Part shown: positions 15,412 through 27,884 of the stretch, one piece after another
Layout of the letters: every line of letters begins with the position of its first letter
Position numbering within the stretch: the stretch's first letter is position 1
Source: Octopus vulgaris
Lineage: Eukaryota
Reading direction: 5' to 3'
Length of the DNA stretch: 64,000 bases
NCBI GenBank assembly: GCA_951406725.2
Contig: OX597830.1
Span: 21,700,001 to 21,764,000 of the forward strand
Translations under genes and position numbers: made by a program
The notes under the pieces: generated by a model
Database searches by the model: none
What the model was told of the DNA's origin: nothing
Seen by the model: only the letters and a program-made list of their open reading frames with translations

Positions 15412-15618
15412 TATGTGACCTCGTGAGTACCTCTGGCGACTTTTTTTCCTCTGTCTTCCCTTTTCGGGATCTTTCCTTCTATGTTTCCGACGAAGAGCTC
15501 CGCTCGAAACGTTAAACCCTCCTTCTTCCCTTCTTTCCTGAGCGTCCAATAATACTTTATTTGTTCCACGTCCTCGCGTTGTTGTTTTTTTTGTTTTTCT
15601 GTGTTTTCTTGTTTGGAT

Positions 15619-15624
<6 letters not shown>
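15412..15624 (+). mobile_element. Short HHR-bearing element, family A
   Basis: GTTT-CCGACGA-A-GAGC-TCC-GCTC-GAAA-CG-TT-AAAC at 15483-15517; ends GGATTAAC followed by (TA)n. Confidence 0.75.
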
Positions 15625-15668
<44 letters not shown>

Positions 15669-15699
15669 AAAACAGAAAGACAATAAATTATTGTTTATT

Positions 15700-15950
15700 A
15701 ATTTTAAAAATTGACGACGTCTCTTACAGCTGTTTCAATTCTAGACCTTCAGAAAATCAATAACATAAATTAAAAATTATTTGGAAGTCGAATCTCGTCA
15801 AAGGTGATTTAAGATATACAAAATATTTTGTATATCTTTAACCACCTCTGGCGAGATTCGACTTTCAAACGATTTTTAATTTTAATTTTTTTTTTAGTTT
15901 TCTGAAGGTTTAGAATTGAAACAGCTGAAAAAGATGTCAATTTAAAATTT
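15700..15950. repeat. ~250-bp fold-back palindrome made of two divergent HHR remnants
   Basis: Centre AAGATATACAAAAT|ATTTTGTATATCTT (~15823). Arms ACAGCTGTTTCAATTCTAGACCTTCAGAAAA and TTTTCTGAAGGTTTAGAATTGAAACAGCTG. The arms carry TTGACGA or CTGGCGA, then GATTC...GAATT-GAAA-CAGCTG. Confidence 0.85.
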
Positions 15951-16187
15951 TTTTCAATATATATATATATATATATTTCGTTTTGGGATTTGATTTGCAA
16001 GATTCTTTGTGAGTTCGTGTGTTGAAGCATAATCTGCTGTGTCTGGGAAGAGTCATTTTCTTTTTGTGCCTTATAATTTAACACACTCACCGGTAAAATT
16101 TCCACTCATTTACTTCTTTATTTTTCTAAAATTTTCGTTGCATCTTGCGACCTTTTCAATAGAATGACTCTCCCCAGACACAATAGT

Positions 16188-16288
<101 letters not shown>

Positions 16289-17026
16289 TTATGTATGTAT
16301 GTGAGTGTGTCTTTGTATATGTGTTTGTCCCTCCACCATCGCTTGACAACCGGCGTTGGTGTGTTTACATCCCCGTAACTTAGCGGTTCGGCAAAAGCGA
16401 CCGATAAAATAGGTACTAGGCTTACAAAGTCCGGGGGTCGATATTTCTTCGACTAAAAAACTCTTTTAAAGAGGTGCTGCAGCATGACCGCAATCAAATG
16501 ACTGTAAAATGACAAGTAAAACAACAAACCACAGCGTCTCTACACAGATTTCATCTATCAAATTCATTGGCGGGAAACTGGCTCGCCTGGGGTAACAGCG
16601 AAAAACACATGCCCACGGACCTGCGAAACCACGTGATTGCCAAGCGAGATGCTTAACCACCCAGCCATGTTTAAGCGTATAATGCAGTACAGAAAATATA
16701 ATTAGACACAAAACACTAATTGATAGCACCGCAATTTTTCTCTTAGAACTACACATAAAAGGAAAAAAAAAGGAAAGAAATGAAGATAACTATGGAAGCT
16801 TTACTAATAACAAAATACAAGCCTGAATTAAACAGATCACATGTAACAAAAATACATAATAATATAATGAAATCTACTAGGATTTACCGATATATAATTT
16901 AAATACAATAGTGAGATTTTATTGGTTATACAGTTATTCCCAAGACTCTCTGTCAATTACCGCAAAATGCGCGGACCGCACACCATTACAGCAGTTTAAT
17001 TTGAATATGTATGCTTTTGCGTTTAT

Positions 17027-17095
<69 letters not shown>

Positions 17096-17238
17096 TAGAT
17101 AGATAGATATTTATCTATATATACATGTACACCCATATACACATACATATATAAATATATATATATGTATGTGTGTGTATCTATCTCTCTCTCTATCTAT
17201 CTATCTATCTATCCATCTAACTAGCTAGCTATATACAT

Positions 17239-17301
<63 letters not shown>

Positions 17302-17304
<3 letters not shown>

Positions 17305-18090
17305 TTTATTTGTGAATTAAGGTTCATTCAAAGACAAAAACATTCAGAGACAAAGGCTCATTCAGAGATAAAAACAAAAAATATCCAACATCCATATCAA
17401 ATATAATATGGACATTGAAAGAAGGTAGACAAAGCAACCCCCAGATATAAAATGGAAAATTATTGCTAAAGCCAAAAAATACAGAGGAAGGAGTACCAGA
17501 GGTGAACTCTGTATTACTGAAAAATCAAACATTATACAATCAACAGATAGCATCTTAAACATTAGGGATGAAACCTCTCCCTGCATACACAAGCAAAATT
17601 ATTCACTCAAATATTTCAAAGATCCCTTATAAACGAGGGTAAGCCTAACTGGATAGCCCCTTTCCTAAACGTGAACATACCTAGCACACAAACTTCACAC
17701 AAGGCAGAAACATGCCCCAATGATGAACTACCTCAAAATACAAGTAGGAGAACATCATTTCCAGAACAAAATTTAATTATGCAAAATAATGCAAACAAAT
17801 AAAAACGCAAAAAAAAACTTTACCCAAAGACAAACCCAAGGGAGACAAGCATCCAAAAGATGCCACTCAAGGGTAACGTCCCTTGATTCATTGATTCATT
17901 GTTTCATTTACGGCGATGAATCCCGTGAAATGGAGGCGAATACCTTTCGCCATGTGATCGGCTTGAAAAATTCTTACGCCATTAGGATATTTTCCTACCT
18001 TTCTTAACATGAAACCAATTCACAAATAAAGAAATTATATATCCACCAATGCGGTATTGAGCACTCATTTCATCGTTCGACATTTACCTA
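17302..18090 (+). mobile_element. 5'-truncated Penelope-like element: GIY-YIG endonuclease C-terminus, 3' UTR and inverted 5' terminus
   Basis: Frameshifted translation GSFRDKNKKYPTSISNIIWTLKE..DIKWKIIAKAKKY..ELCITEKSNII..ILNIRDETSPCIHKQNYSLKYF (17356-17630). TTCTTTATTTGTGAATT (~17302) is the reverse complement of AATTCACAAATAAAGAA (~18018). Confidence 0.8.
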
Positions 18091-18318
18091 TAAATATATA
18101 GTAGGAGAAATAGTGATCAATTTGACTGCTATTTCTAATATTTTCGGTATATGGTTTTGAGCAACTTGTTGCAATTAACCCTTTACTATAATTAATATAA
18201 TTCTTACCAAATATGGTCTTTTCCATACCGATAAATCTACCAGGTGAAATTTATTAATTTTATTAAATTAATTATATTTCACCCTTTTTTGTATATATAT
18301 ATATATATATATATATTC

Positions 18319-18765
18319 ATACTCAAATAAGCCACCATTTCACTTAAAATTCAACAAGCTGACGAAACTCAAGGAACGAGTAGAAGTTAACTTACTGTTG
18401 TGACTGAAAGTCGCAAATACTTGCTGGCCATTTATATTATTGTTAGTATTATTTATTAATAATAATATTTTGATTAATTTATGTATATATACACTGATAT
18501 ACACTGATGTATATACACTGGTATTGTTTGAATTTAGCGCTGGTCCTTCAACGATTCTGACAGACATGGCGAAGCGAGTATAAACTTCACAGTGGGACCT
18601 ACTGATGAAAAGGAAAACATCTCAAAGTTCGAAAGCATGTGATAGAGGTATATCTGTGATCCTCATTTGCGACTTTCGGCCGCAATAGTAAGTAAAAATT
18701 TCACTCGTTCCTCGATTTTCGTCAGCCTGTTGAATTTTCAGTGAAATGGTGGCTTATTTGAGTAT
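18319..18765 (+). mobile_element. PLE-type remnant with ~100-bp inverted arms enclosing a degenerate HHR
   Basis: ATACTCAAATAAGCCACCATTTCAC...GTCGCAAAT (18319-18419) vs ATTTGCGAC...GTGAAATGGTGGCTTATTTGAGTAT (18665-18765). CTGATGA at 18602 and GAAA-GCATG at 18631. Confidence 0.75.
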
Positions 18766-19219
18766 TTTTCGACTCTTATTTCTAGCAACGCCTGTATTTC
18801 GTGTATTCTCATTTATAATTAATCATTAATTATAAATTTATGAATTTGTCTTCTTGGCTTTAAGGCTTGATGGCGACTTATATTATTGTTGCTGTTATTT
18901 ATTAATTGATAATTTATACCAGTAGCTAGCATGTGTAAAAACAATGTCAGTAGACAAATATTTTTATAATATACATGAGTATATAAACATTTATACGCGG
19001 AGAGAAGACCGTTATGTGGACTTCTTACATGCTAAAAACGGCAGCCAGATCCCTAGCCACGAAAAACATTCATATTTATGGCACATTGATTGTAAGCGAG
19101 CAGGACACTTGAAAGAATTAAACTCTCAGTTAATTTTATACTTCGAACTTTCACCATTAATAATTAAATAAATCATTTTGTTGATTAATTAATTGATGAA
19201 TTAACCATCCGTGGCTCTT

Positions 19220-20809
19220 TCTTGAATGATTCAAAGGCAAGCTTCTCTTTCCTCTTGAGATGTGTGATGAAGGTTTCATCAAGTACAATTTTTCGAATTT
19301 AGGGACCTATGAAGAAACCTTCTTTAATTTTAGGTTGACTCAGGGAAGGGAACTTTTCTGCATGATATGCAAATGCGGAGTATTCCGTGTCCAAGACTTT
19401 CAAAAATTGCTTAAACAAACCGAGTTTAATATGCAAAGGTGGTAAAAAAATTCTATCACTTTTCACAAGTGGTTTGTGCATGATGTGTTTTCCTTGCTCA
19501 ATTTCTTCTCGGATTGGCCAATCCTTGCGTACACAATGTCCAGCTCTTGCTCTGGAATTCCATAAACACAGGAAGCAGCAAAATTTAGTATCGCCAAGCT
19601 GAAGGCGAGTAAGCATGGCCACAACCTTAAAATCTACACAAATATGCCTGGTATGGTCATCATAGTGTATGCTTGTTAGAATTGCTTTCAGATTTTCATA
19701 GGATTCTTTCTTGGTTGTGCTATAAGCTATGGGAATAGAAGGCAGAGTGCTACCATTGTGTATCAGAACAACTTTGATGCTATGTCTTTGGATGCATCTA
19801 TGAAAATTCGCCTGTTGGTTTTATCATATGGTATTTCCATTTGCTCAAGAAGTTCAGTGATGTCATTACAAAAGCATGGTGAATAATGCAAGCAGATCTT
19901 CTGTGTGTTTTCTGTACAGTGTTATCCTCATTCTTTTCTCAAAAAGATTACGTTCTTGAAGCCTTGATGCCAGAAACTCACTTTTCTCTTTAGTTAAATA
20001 GAGATCCCTGCTCAAGTTTTTTAGAGCCTCTTGAGAAAACGGTATTGGTTTATTCCCGCTTTCTGGATCATTGGGCTCCACACAGTCACCACTGGAATGT
20101 TCATCAGCACTGCGGGAACTCTGCATTTCTTGATCTGGAGGTTGGAGCACAGGTAAATTTTCTAAGTACTCTACTGGGCGCATTGCTGATTGCAAATTTG
20201 GGTAAACAATGTGTTTCTTCTTCTTTGTTGTAGTACATCCTGAAAGTCATGGTGACAGAAATAGCAATCATTAGAGTGATCTTTCTGCTCGCGCCAAATC
20301 ATTAGCACACCAAAATTCATGTGAACATTTTTTCCTGCATACCAGGCACTCAATGTCTTCACACATGTAAGGCAACACACATGAGGAGCCCATGACTTAC
20401 CCTGTCTCCTAAGTAACAATCGAATTATGCCTTGTATTTTTTCTTGAATTGGCGTGTAATACTGCGCTTTTCTTCAGCAAAAGCCAATTACCCACAGATA
20501 TAACAGAATCTGTTTGAATGATTTTTGCCCTGTCTTTTACTCATTGCTGAAAACAAATAAGATCTGAAAGATAAAAAATAACATAAAACACAAGCTTTGA
20601 ATCACATTGTGGGTGTTACTAAGATTGATCTCTAGCCCTGGGTTTAAACCCTTTTACAATGCGGTAGAGAATTTTATTTAATAATAATGACAAAAGGGTA
20701 GAAACCATGCCTAATTCAGCAAAAAGAAGGCCAGAAATGGATTTCCAATGTCATTTTGCATATAAAAATGTCCACAAACCTCTTGTACTTTTTTGAGTGT
20801 TGCACAGTG
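19220..20809 (-). mobile_element. Chapaev3-type (CMC superfamily) DNA transposon with decayed transposase, 3'-truncated
   Basis: ATG at 20544: MSKRQGKNHSNRFCYICG*..LGD.GKSWAPHVCCLTC..MIWREQKDHSNDCYFC..SAMRPV..LASRLQERNL..TKFCCFLCLWNSRA..LPPLHIKLGLFKQFLK..KIKEGFFIGP, with several stops and frameshifts. Terminus CACTGTGCAAC at 20809 abuts TTA, matching the TWA target I recall for Chapaev3. Confidence 0.8.
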
Positions 20810-21358
20810 TTATCAGCACTAGAAGTCTGGTATGGATTATCGGCACTAAAAGTCTGGTACGGATTATCGGCACTAAAAGTCTGGTACGGATTATCGACAC
20901 TAAAAGTCTGGTACGGATTATCGACACTAAAAGTCTGGTACAGATTATCGGCACTAAAAGTCTGGTACGGATTATCGACACTAAAAGTCTGGTACGGATT
21001 ATCGACACTAAAAGTCTGGTACAGATTATCGGCACTAAAAGTCTGGTACGGATTATCGACACTAAAAGTCTGGTACGGATTATCGACACTAAAAGTCTGG
21101 TACAGATTATCGGCACTAAAAGTCTCGTACGGATTATCGGCACTAAAAGCCTGGTACGAATTATCGGCACTAAATGTCTGGTACGGATTATCGGCGCTAA
21201 AAGTCTGATACGGATTATCGGCACTAAAAGCCTGGTACGAATTATCGGAACTAAAAGTCTGGTACAGATTAACAGCACTAAAAGCCTGGTACGAATTATC
21301 GGCGCTAAATGTCTGGTACGGATTATCGGCGCTGAAAGTCTGGTACGGATTATCGGCA
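20810..21358. repeat. 27-bp minisatellite, 20 full copies plus 9 bp (TTATCGGCACTAAAAGTCTGGTACGGA)
   Basis: Exact 27-bp periodicity without indels from 20810 to 21350; substitution variants recur with a 3-unit (81-bp) period in the middle. Confidence 0.97.
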
Positions 21359-22104
21359 AAGGAGGTAACCTCCTTTGAAAGCTCCCTCCTTAAAATCTAA
21401 GAGCAAGAAATTCCCACTCGGTAACTTTTGCGCAGAATGCGGAGCGCATCAGCTAAATCTTTTATCTTTTGCTTTTTTCAGGTATTGGACTGCGGCCATA
21501 CTGGAGCACCGCTTTGAAGGGTTTTAGTTAAACGAATCGACCCCAGTGCTTATAATCCCGGTACTACTTCTATCAATCTTATTCCGGTCCGCTAAGTTAC
21601 GGGAACATAATGAACCAACACCGGTTGTCATGTGGAGGAGACAAAACAAAGACACGCATAGATACACACACACACACACATACACACACACATATGTTCA
21701 TATATACATATATGCGTGTGTGCGTGAGTGTGTGTGAGTGTGTGTGAGTGTGTGAGTGTGTGTGTGTGAGAAAGAGAGATAGACAGACAGGCTTTCAGTT
21801 CTCAGTTACCTAAATCCACTGACAAGGCTTTGATCGACCCGAGGCTATAGGAGAAGAGACTTGTCTAAGGTGCCATTCTGTGGGGCCAAACCCGGAGTCA
21901 TATGTGGTTAAGAAGCAAACTTTCCTACCAAATAGGCACGCCTGCGCTTGTCTGGTAGACCAGAACCGAAAACATTAGTCACATCATTGCCATCTGTAAG
22001 AGAATGTCCTCCGGATACTACGTTCCACTGAGTCATAATATGGGCGACGAGACTAACGAGATGGAGAAAAAATAAATAAATAAGTATATATATGTGTGTA
22101 TATA

Positions 22105-22268
<164 letters not shown>

Positions 22269-22647
22269 CGAATAAAGACGAACATATAACAACCGATGGA
22301 TCAATGGAATAATGGTGGGACACATGAATATATATGTAAAAAAAAACACAGCAAGCAAATTAAAATACAACCAGCCAGGATCACAAAATATAAACGCGGT
22401 TCTGTTTGGAAAGTCAGCTGCTCACTTAATATCAATTATTATGAAAAATGCAGGAGAGAGTCATGTAGGATGCCATATAGTTGCTTGTTTGACTCTTACT
22501 CGATAGATTAAAGTGCGTCTTAGTCACTGTTTCACTCTAGATGGGCATGTGGTTCTATTTGTCTAAATGTCATCTGAGCTATGGTTGGGAAAACATTAGC
22601 GATAACTTTTAAGTTTTGAGAGACAGGCAACAACATACACACACACC

Positions 22648-22718
<71 letters not shown>

Positions 22719-23249
22719 CAGCTTAATTCAATTCGTCCTTAGTCGAAAGACACCTGTTGCTATGTCCTGTTTATTTTTATTGTATTTTTTATTGTATTTA
22801 TATTTGTGTAACATTGTCCGTTTTTTCCAAACTTGTTTTTGTATACATTCACTGCTTTCTTCCAAGGAATCTAATGCTCTCAGCCTAGTTTTTCCCTGGG
22901 GCTGACCAGATTGGAGCAATCTCAAATATAATCAGCCGAAATTGCGAGGATAATCTGGTTCTTGACTGAGGAAAGAAAATTTCGAATAACCCGTTCTTGT
23001 TTTCTTTGTATCGTCTATCTGGATGTTTTGTTGTCCCTTTTTGTATCACCTAGCTACCCGGATGTTTTGCGTTCTTGTCCCATTTTGTATATTATATATA
23101 TATATATATATATATACATTTTTTTCTACTCTAGGCACAAGACCCGACATTTTGGAGGAGGGGGCCAGGCGATTAGATCGACCCCAGTTGGCAACTGTTA
23201 TTTAATTTATCGACCGCGAAAGGATAAAAGGCAACGTACCTAGCAGAAA

Positions 23250-23535
23250 GTCGACGATCAACAGAACAGCTTGCTCGTAAAATTAACGTTCAAGTGGATG
23301 AGTATTCCACAGATACGTGTGCCGTTAACGTAGTTCTCAGGGAGATTCGGCGTCACATAGAGAGTGACAAGGCCGGCCCTTTAAAATACAGGTACTACTC
23401 ATTTTTGCCAGGTAAGTGGACTGGAGCAACGTGAAATATAGTGTCTTGCGCAAGGACACAACGCGTTGCCGGGAATTGAACTCATAACCTTAGGATCGTG
23501 AGCCGAATGCCCTAACCACTAAGCCACGCGCCTTC
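23250..23535 (-). mobile_element. tRNA-derived SINE family S4 (V-domain-like GTGTCCTTG.GCAAGACAC); relatives at ~32320-32645 (-) and ~39008-39330 (-)
   Basis: Head GGCGCGTGGCTTAGTGGTTAGGGCATTCGGCTCACGATC...GAGTTCAATTCCCGG with A and B boxes. Body shared with the 39-kb copy; the 32-kb copy shares the head only. Confidence 0.85.
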
Positions 23536-24063
23536 ACATATATATCTATGTGATATGAGTCTTCGAAGGGCAGTTGCTCCCGCAAACCAAAATAAAATAT
23601 TCTTTTTCACAAAAGGAAAGATAGAAGAGAGACAGATGGGATACGTGCAGTCTCTACGACAGCCGTGAAGGAAAAGAAAGACCACCATGTGAGGAAAAGA
23701 AAGATGGACGATGGTCACGTGCGAGCAACGAGAGAGAGTGTGTAAAGGAGAAAGAGTGAGAGAGAGAGACAGATAGAAAGAAAACGGTGAAGGGGAGAAA
23801 AAACAATTAGAGAAAGGACGAGGGAGAAATAGATAGGTGGAGAGGAGAGTAAAGTGGGACTGAATACGGAACCAAGTGGTTGGTAAGCAAGCTACTTACC
23901 ACAAAGCCACTCCGGCGCCTGTATATATATGTGTGTGTGTGTGTGTGTGTATGTCAGTGTGTGTACACACACACACAAATATATACATATATATATGTAT
24001 ATATACGTATGTATATATACATATATATATATATGTATGTATATATATATATATATGTATATC

Positions 24064-24124
<61 letters not shown>

Positions 24125-24232
24125 GTATGTATGAATGTACTTACATAAATATATGTACACATATTTATATATATACAGATATACACATGTAAATAAAATG
24201 TATATACCTATTTGTATATGTATATACAAATA

Positions 24233-24290
<58 letters not shown>

Positions 24291-25061
24291 TATACATATA
24301 TATATATACATATATATATACATACTCATACATATACGTTTATACATATCTACATTAACACATATGGACAAACGGACGAACGGACAGACATACAGATAGG
24401 TAGCAACATAGATAAACTTATTAAATCCTTTGTACACGCGCATCCACTTATATGTATGTATATATATATATATATGTGTGTGTGAATATATATATATATA
24501 TATATACACACATACATGCGCACACACACATCTATATAAGCTCCTCGTATCTTATATATATATATATATATATTTGTGAGTGTGTGAAAACGTACGGAGG
24601 TAGGTAGGCATACGTATTCTTCATAAGTGATGATGTGATATCGCTACTGTACGTATTGTACGGTTCTTATACGCTGTTCTTTTAGTTGTCCCTTTCCTAT
24701 GTGATATCCCATGAGTATAGAATGGAAATTCATGCAGCCGCCTGACTATCAAAGTTGATAAATGGGATATCTATTATAAATATGGATGTATCTCCGCGCG
24801 CATACTTACACGTGTGTCTGTGTGCACGTGTGCGTGTATGCGCGCGCGTATGCATGTGCGTGTGCATGTGCGTGTGTGTGCGTGAGTGTGTGCATGTGTG
24901 CATATAAATATATATATATTTTCATATATATATTATATATATATATTTATATATAAGCACATATACACATACAAATATAAATATATATATGTAAAGTTAT
25001 ATGTATAAAGGTATATATATATATGTATATACACCTGTATATATGTATAAATGTATGCATG

Positions 25062-25107
<46 letters not shown>

Positions 25108-25131
25108 TATGTGTGTATATATATATATAAG

Positions 25132-25173
<42 letters not shown>

Positions 25174-25435
25174 AGTATGCCTATATACATACATATTTTG
25201 TTATACGTTCATATATATGAACTCGTATATAAACTGTCATAACAATGAATATATCATGCATACATCATATATGTATATGATTGTATATAAACACTTATAT
25301 ATATACCTATATACACACATATATATTTACGCATAGATGTGTATATATATACTTACGCATAGATATGTATATATATAGATAGATAGATTGATATGTATGC
25401 ATAAGTATGTATGTGTTTGTATATATACATATGTA

Positions 25436-25485
<50 letters not shown>

Positions 25486-26096
25486 AGCACATGCACGCAC
25501 ATAGTGACGATGGTGACTGAGATGGTGGTGATGGTATTGGATGGTAATACAGTTGTTGATGATGGGATTGATATTGGATGAGAGTAGAAATGGTGGCGAT
25601 GGTGGTGGTTGTGGTGGTATTGGTGGTGGTGGTGGTGTGGAGGAGGAGGAGTAGGAGAAGGAGGATGAGGAACCAGGAGGAGATGGTGGGAATGGTTATG
25701 GCATTGATCACGGAAGCTATGTTGTTGGTGATATTCATGGCGGCTCTGGTGGTTGTTGGGCGGCGGCGGCGGCGGTGGTAGTTTGTTGTGGCAGCGGTGG
25801 TAGTGGTTGTGGTGGTTGTGGCGGCGGTGGTGCTGATAGTAATAATACAAATGTTGCTTTTTTTCCCCACCGTGTTTAACCACGAGTTCATCCCGACCGA
25901 TGTTACCTATGGTGCAAGACCTTCTAGTCGTGGCCATCACAATCACTTAATTGAGTCATTTCATTGTCTATCAAGGAATACATTACTCAAAAGTCCCCTT
26001 GCATTACAAAAGACAGTATGTATATGATTCGATGCTGTTTTTGACTGCTACATCCAGCATATCTGAAGACCACATAAAAGCCAACACATGTAGTAA

Positions 26097-26135
<39 letters not shown>

Positions 26136-26455
26136 AGGGGGTGGCAACGGCGGCGGTGGTGGTGGTGGTGGTGGTGGTAGTGGTGGTGGTGGTGGTGGTG
26201 GAGATGGTGGTGATGGTGGTGGTGGTGGTGGTGGAGATGGTGGTGGTGGTGGTGGTGGTGTTACTGGAGTTGGTGTTGGTGATGATTGTGATGGTGGTGG
26301 TGGCGGTTGTGTTGGGGGGATGGTGGGTGCTAGTGATGGTCTGTACGGTAGTTAGACAGTTACGAGAGAGTTCTACAGTTGCCATATCATATTTCCAATA
26401 ACTAAAAACAATTATACAGACTTCGTGATGTGGCAGCCATCTTGTATTGCCACAG

Positions 26456-26512
<57 letters not shown>

Positions 26513-26637
26513 GTGTGTGTGTGTATGCGTATACAAGCACATTTAGACATACATATAAACATACATATACACACATACACACGTATCTATACACTTACAC
26601 TCACAAGCAAACATACGCACGCAAAAACACACAAACA

Positions 26638-26679
<42 letters not shown>

Positions 26680-26951
26680 CGCACACATGCATATATGCGC
26701 ATATACATATACTCATATACATGTATATACACTATCACATAATATGCATATGCATATCGTGCATAACATACAGGTACATGCACCTACATATATATAGATA
26801 TGCACATTGCACACATATCGTACGCATAACACTCTCTATATATACACGTAGATATATATATATATATATATTTACATAATTAGTACACGTAAATATAGAC
26901 ATGTGCACACACTCATATATATATATATTGTGTGTATATATATATATATAT

Positions 26952-27128
26952 TCGCCATGCTTGACCGCTAAATCCACAAAGGTTTTTATTCTCTGTCTGT
27001 TTATATTCTCTTATTCCTTTCTGCTGAAGAGCGTAGGCTCGAAACGTAAAAGACTTTCTCACTTTTACGAGCGTCAAACTAATACATCTGCTTGTTGTTC
27101 ATACACCTGTCTTCGTCTTTCGTTTTTC

Positions 27129-27133
<5 letters not shown>
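26952..27133 (+). mobile_element. Short HHR-bearing element, family B
   Basis: CTTT-CTGCTGA-A-GAGC-GTAG-GCTC-GAAA-CG-TA-AAAG at 27017-27052; lies between (TA)n tracts. Confidence 0.7.
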
Positions 27134-27193
<60 letters not shown>

Positions 27194-27535
27194 CATGGTG
27201 CGATGGGTAAATTGTCGCCATTTTGTATTTATTTTCAACTTCGCGCATGGGCATTGTTGTTTTTGATTTCGTTGACTACACAGTATAGTAGGGTTATTTT
27301 GACATCGTCTGTGAGAAAAACAGCATCATGACGCCATTTACTCTGCTGGAAATTTGGAAACCACCTGCTGCACTGCTTGGCATTCGCGCTGGAAGCTCCA
27401 GAACGAACATTTCAGAGTGATTGGGTGTCAATCTGAGGACAAGGCAGCGGTTTCGGATGAGTCTAATTGTGATTACGAAGGTACGGCAGCTCGGGGAACT
27501 CACTTCTGATAAGAAAAGAGCTCCTGAATTCAGGC
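27194..27535 (+). mobile_element. Tc1/mariner-type 5' remnant (TIR plus decayed HTH N-terminus)
   Basis: TA-CATGGTGCGATGGGTAAATTGTCGCCATTTT terminus. ATG at 27328 gives MTPFTLLEIWK..LLGIRAGSSRTNISE*LGVNLRT, an HTH-like start. Confidence 0.55.
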
Positions 27536-27541
27536 CATTTA

Positions 27542-27704
27542 ATTGAGAAAAAGGAGGTAGTCAGGATTTTGGATAATACTTCATTAACGCGTTCGTTCGT
27601 TTAGTGAACTCGTCAAAGATTTTAATTTTGTCTTGAGTTCGCTAAACGAACGAAAGCGCTAATAAAAATTATTCAAAATTCTGACTGCCTTCCTTTTTCT
27701 CAAT
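27542..27704. repeat. ~160-bp fold-back made of two divergent HHR remnants
   Basis: Outer arms ATTGAGAAAAAGGAGGTAGTCAGGATTTTGGATAAT and ATTATTCAAAATTCTGACTGCCTTCCTTTTTCTCAAT. Right arm GA-GTTCG-CTAAA-CGAAC-GAAA-GCGC-TA; left arm on the minus strand TTGACGA-GTTCA-CTAAA-CGAAC-GAA-CGCG-TT. Confidence 0.85.
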
Positions 27705-27740
27705 ATACAATATCAGTACACCACTTCAAACACTCCATGC

Positions 27741-27843
<103 letters not shown>

Positions 27844-27884
27844 ATACAATTATATATATATATATATATATACATATATATACA

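Noticed and set aside
17905-17965. HHR expected in the 3' UTR of the 17-kb PLE fragment
   Set aside because: Only GATGA and a weak stem remain; too decayed to call.
20810-21358. CRISPR-like appearance of the 27-bp array, and its three ORFs (20751-21359, 20756-21208, 20797-21378)
   Set aside because: Units are head-to-tail with no unique spacers, there are no cas genes, and the context is eukaryotic. The open frames follow from a unit length divisible by 3.
24624-24748. Possible C/D-box snoRNA (GTGATGA ... CTGA)
   Set aside because: Only a 3-bp terminal stem and no identifiable rRNA or snRNA guide; such short motifs are expected by chance.
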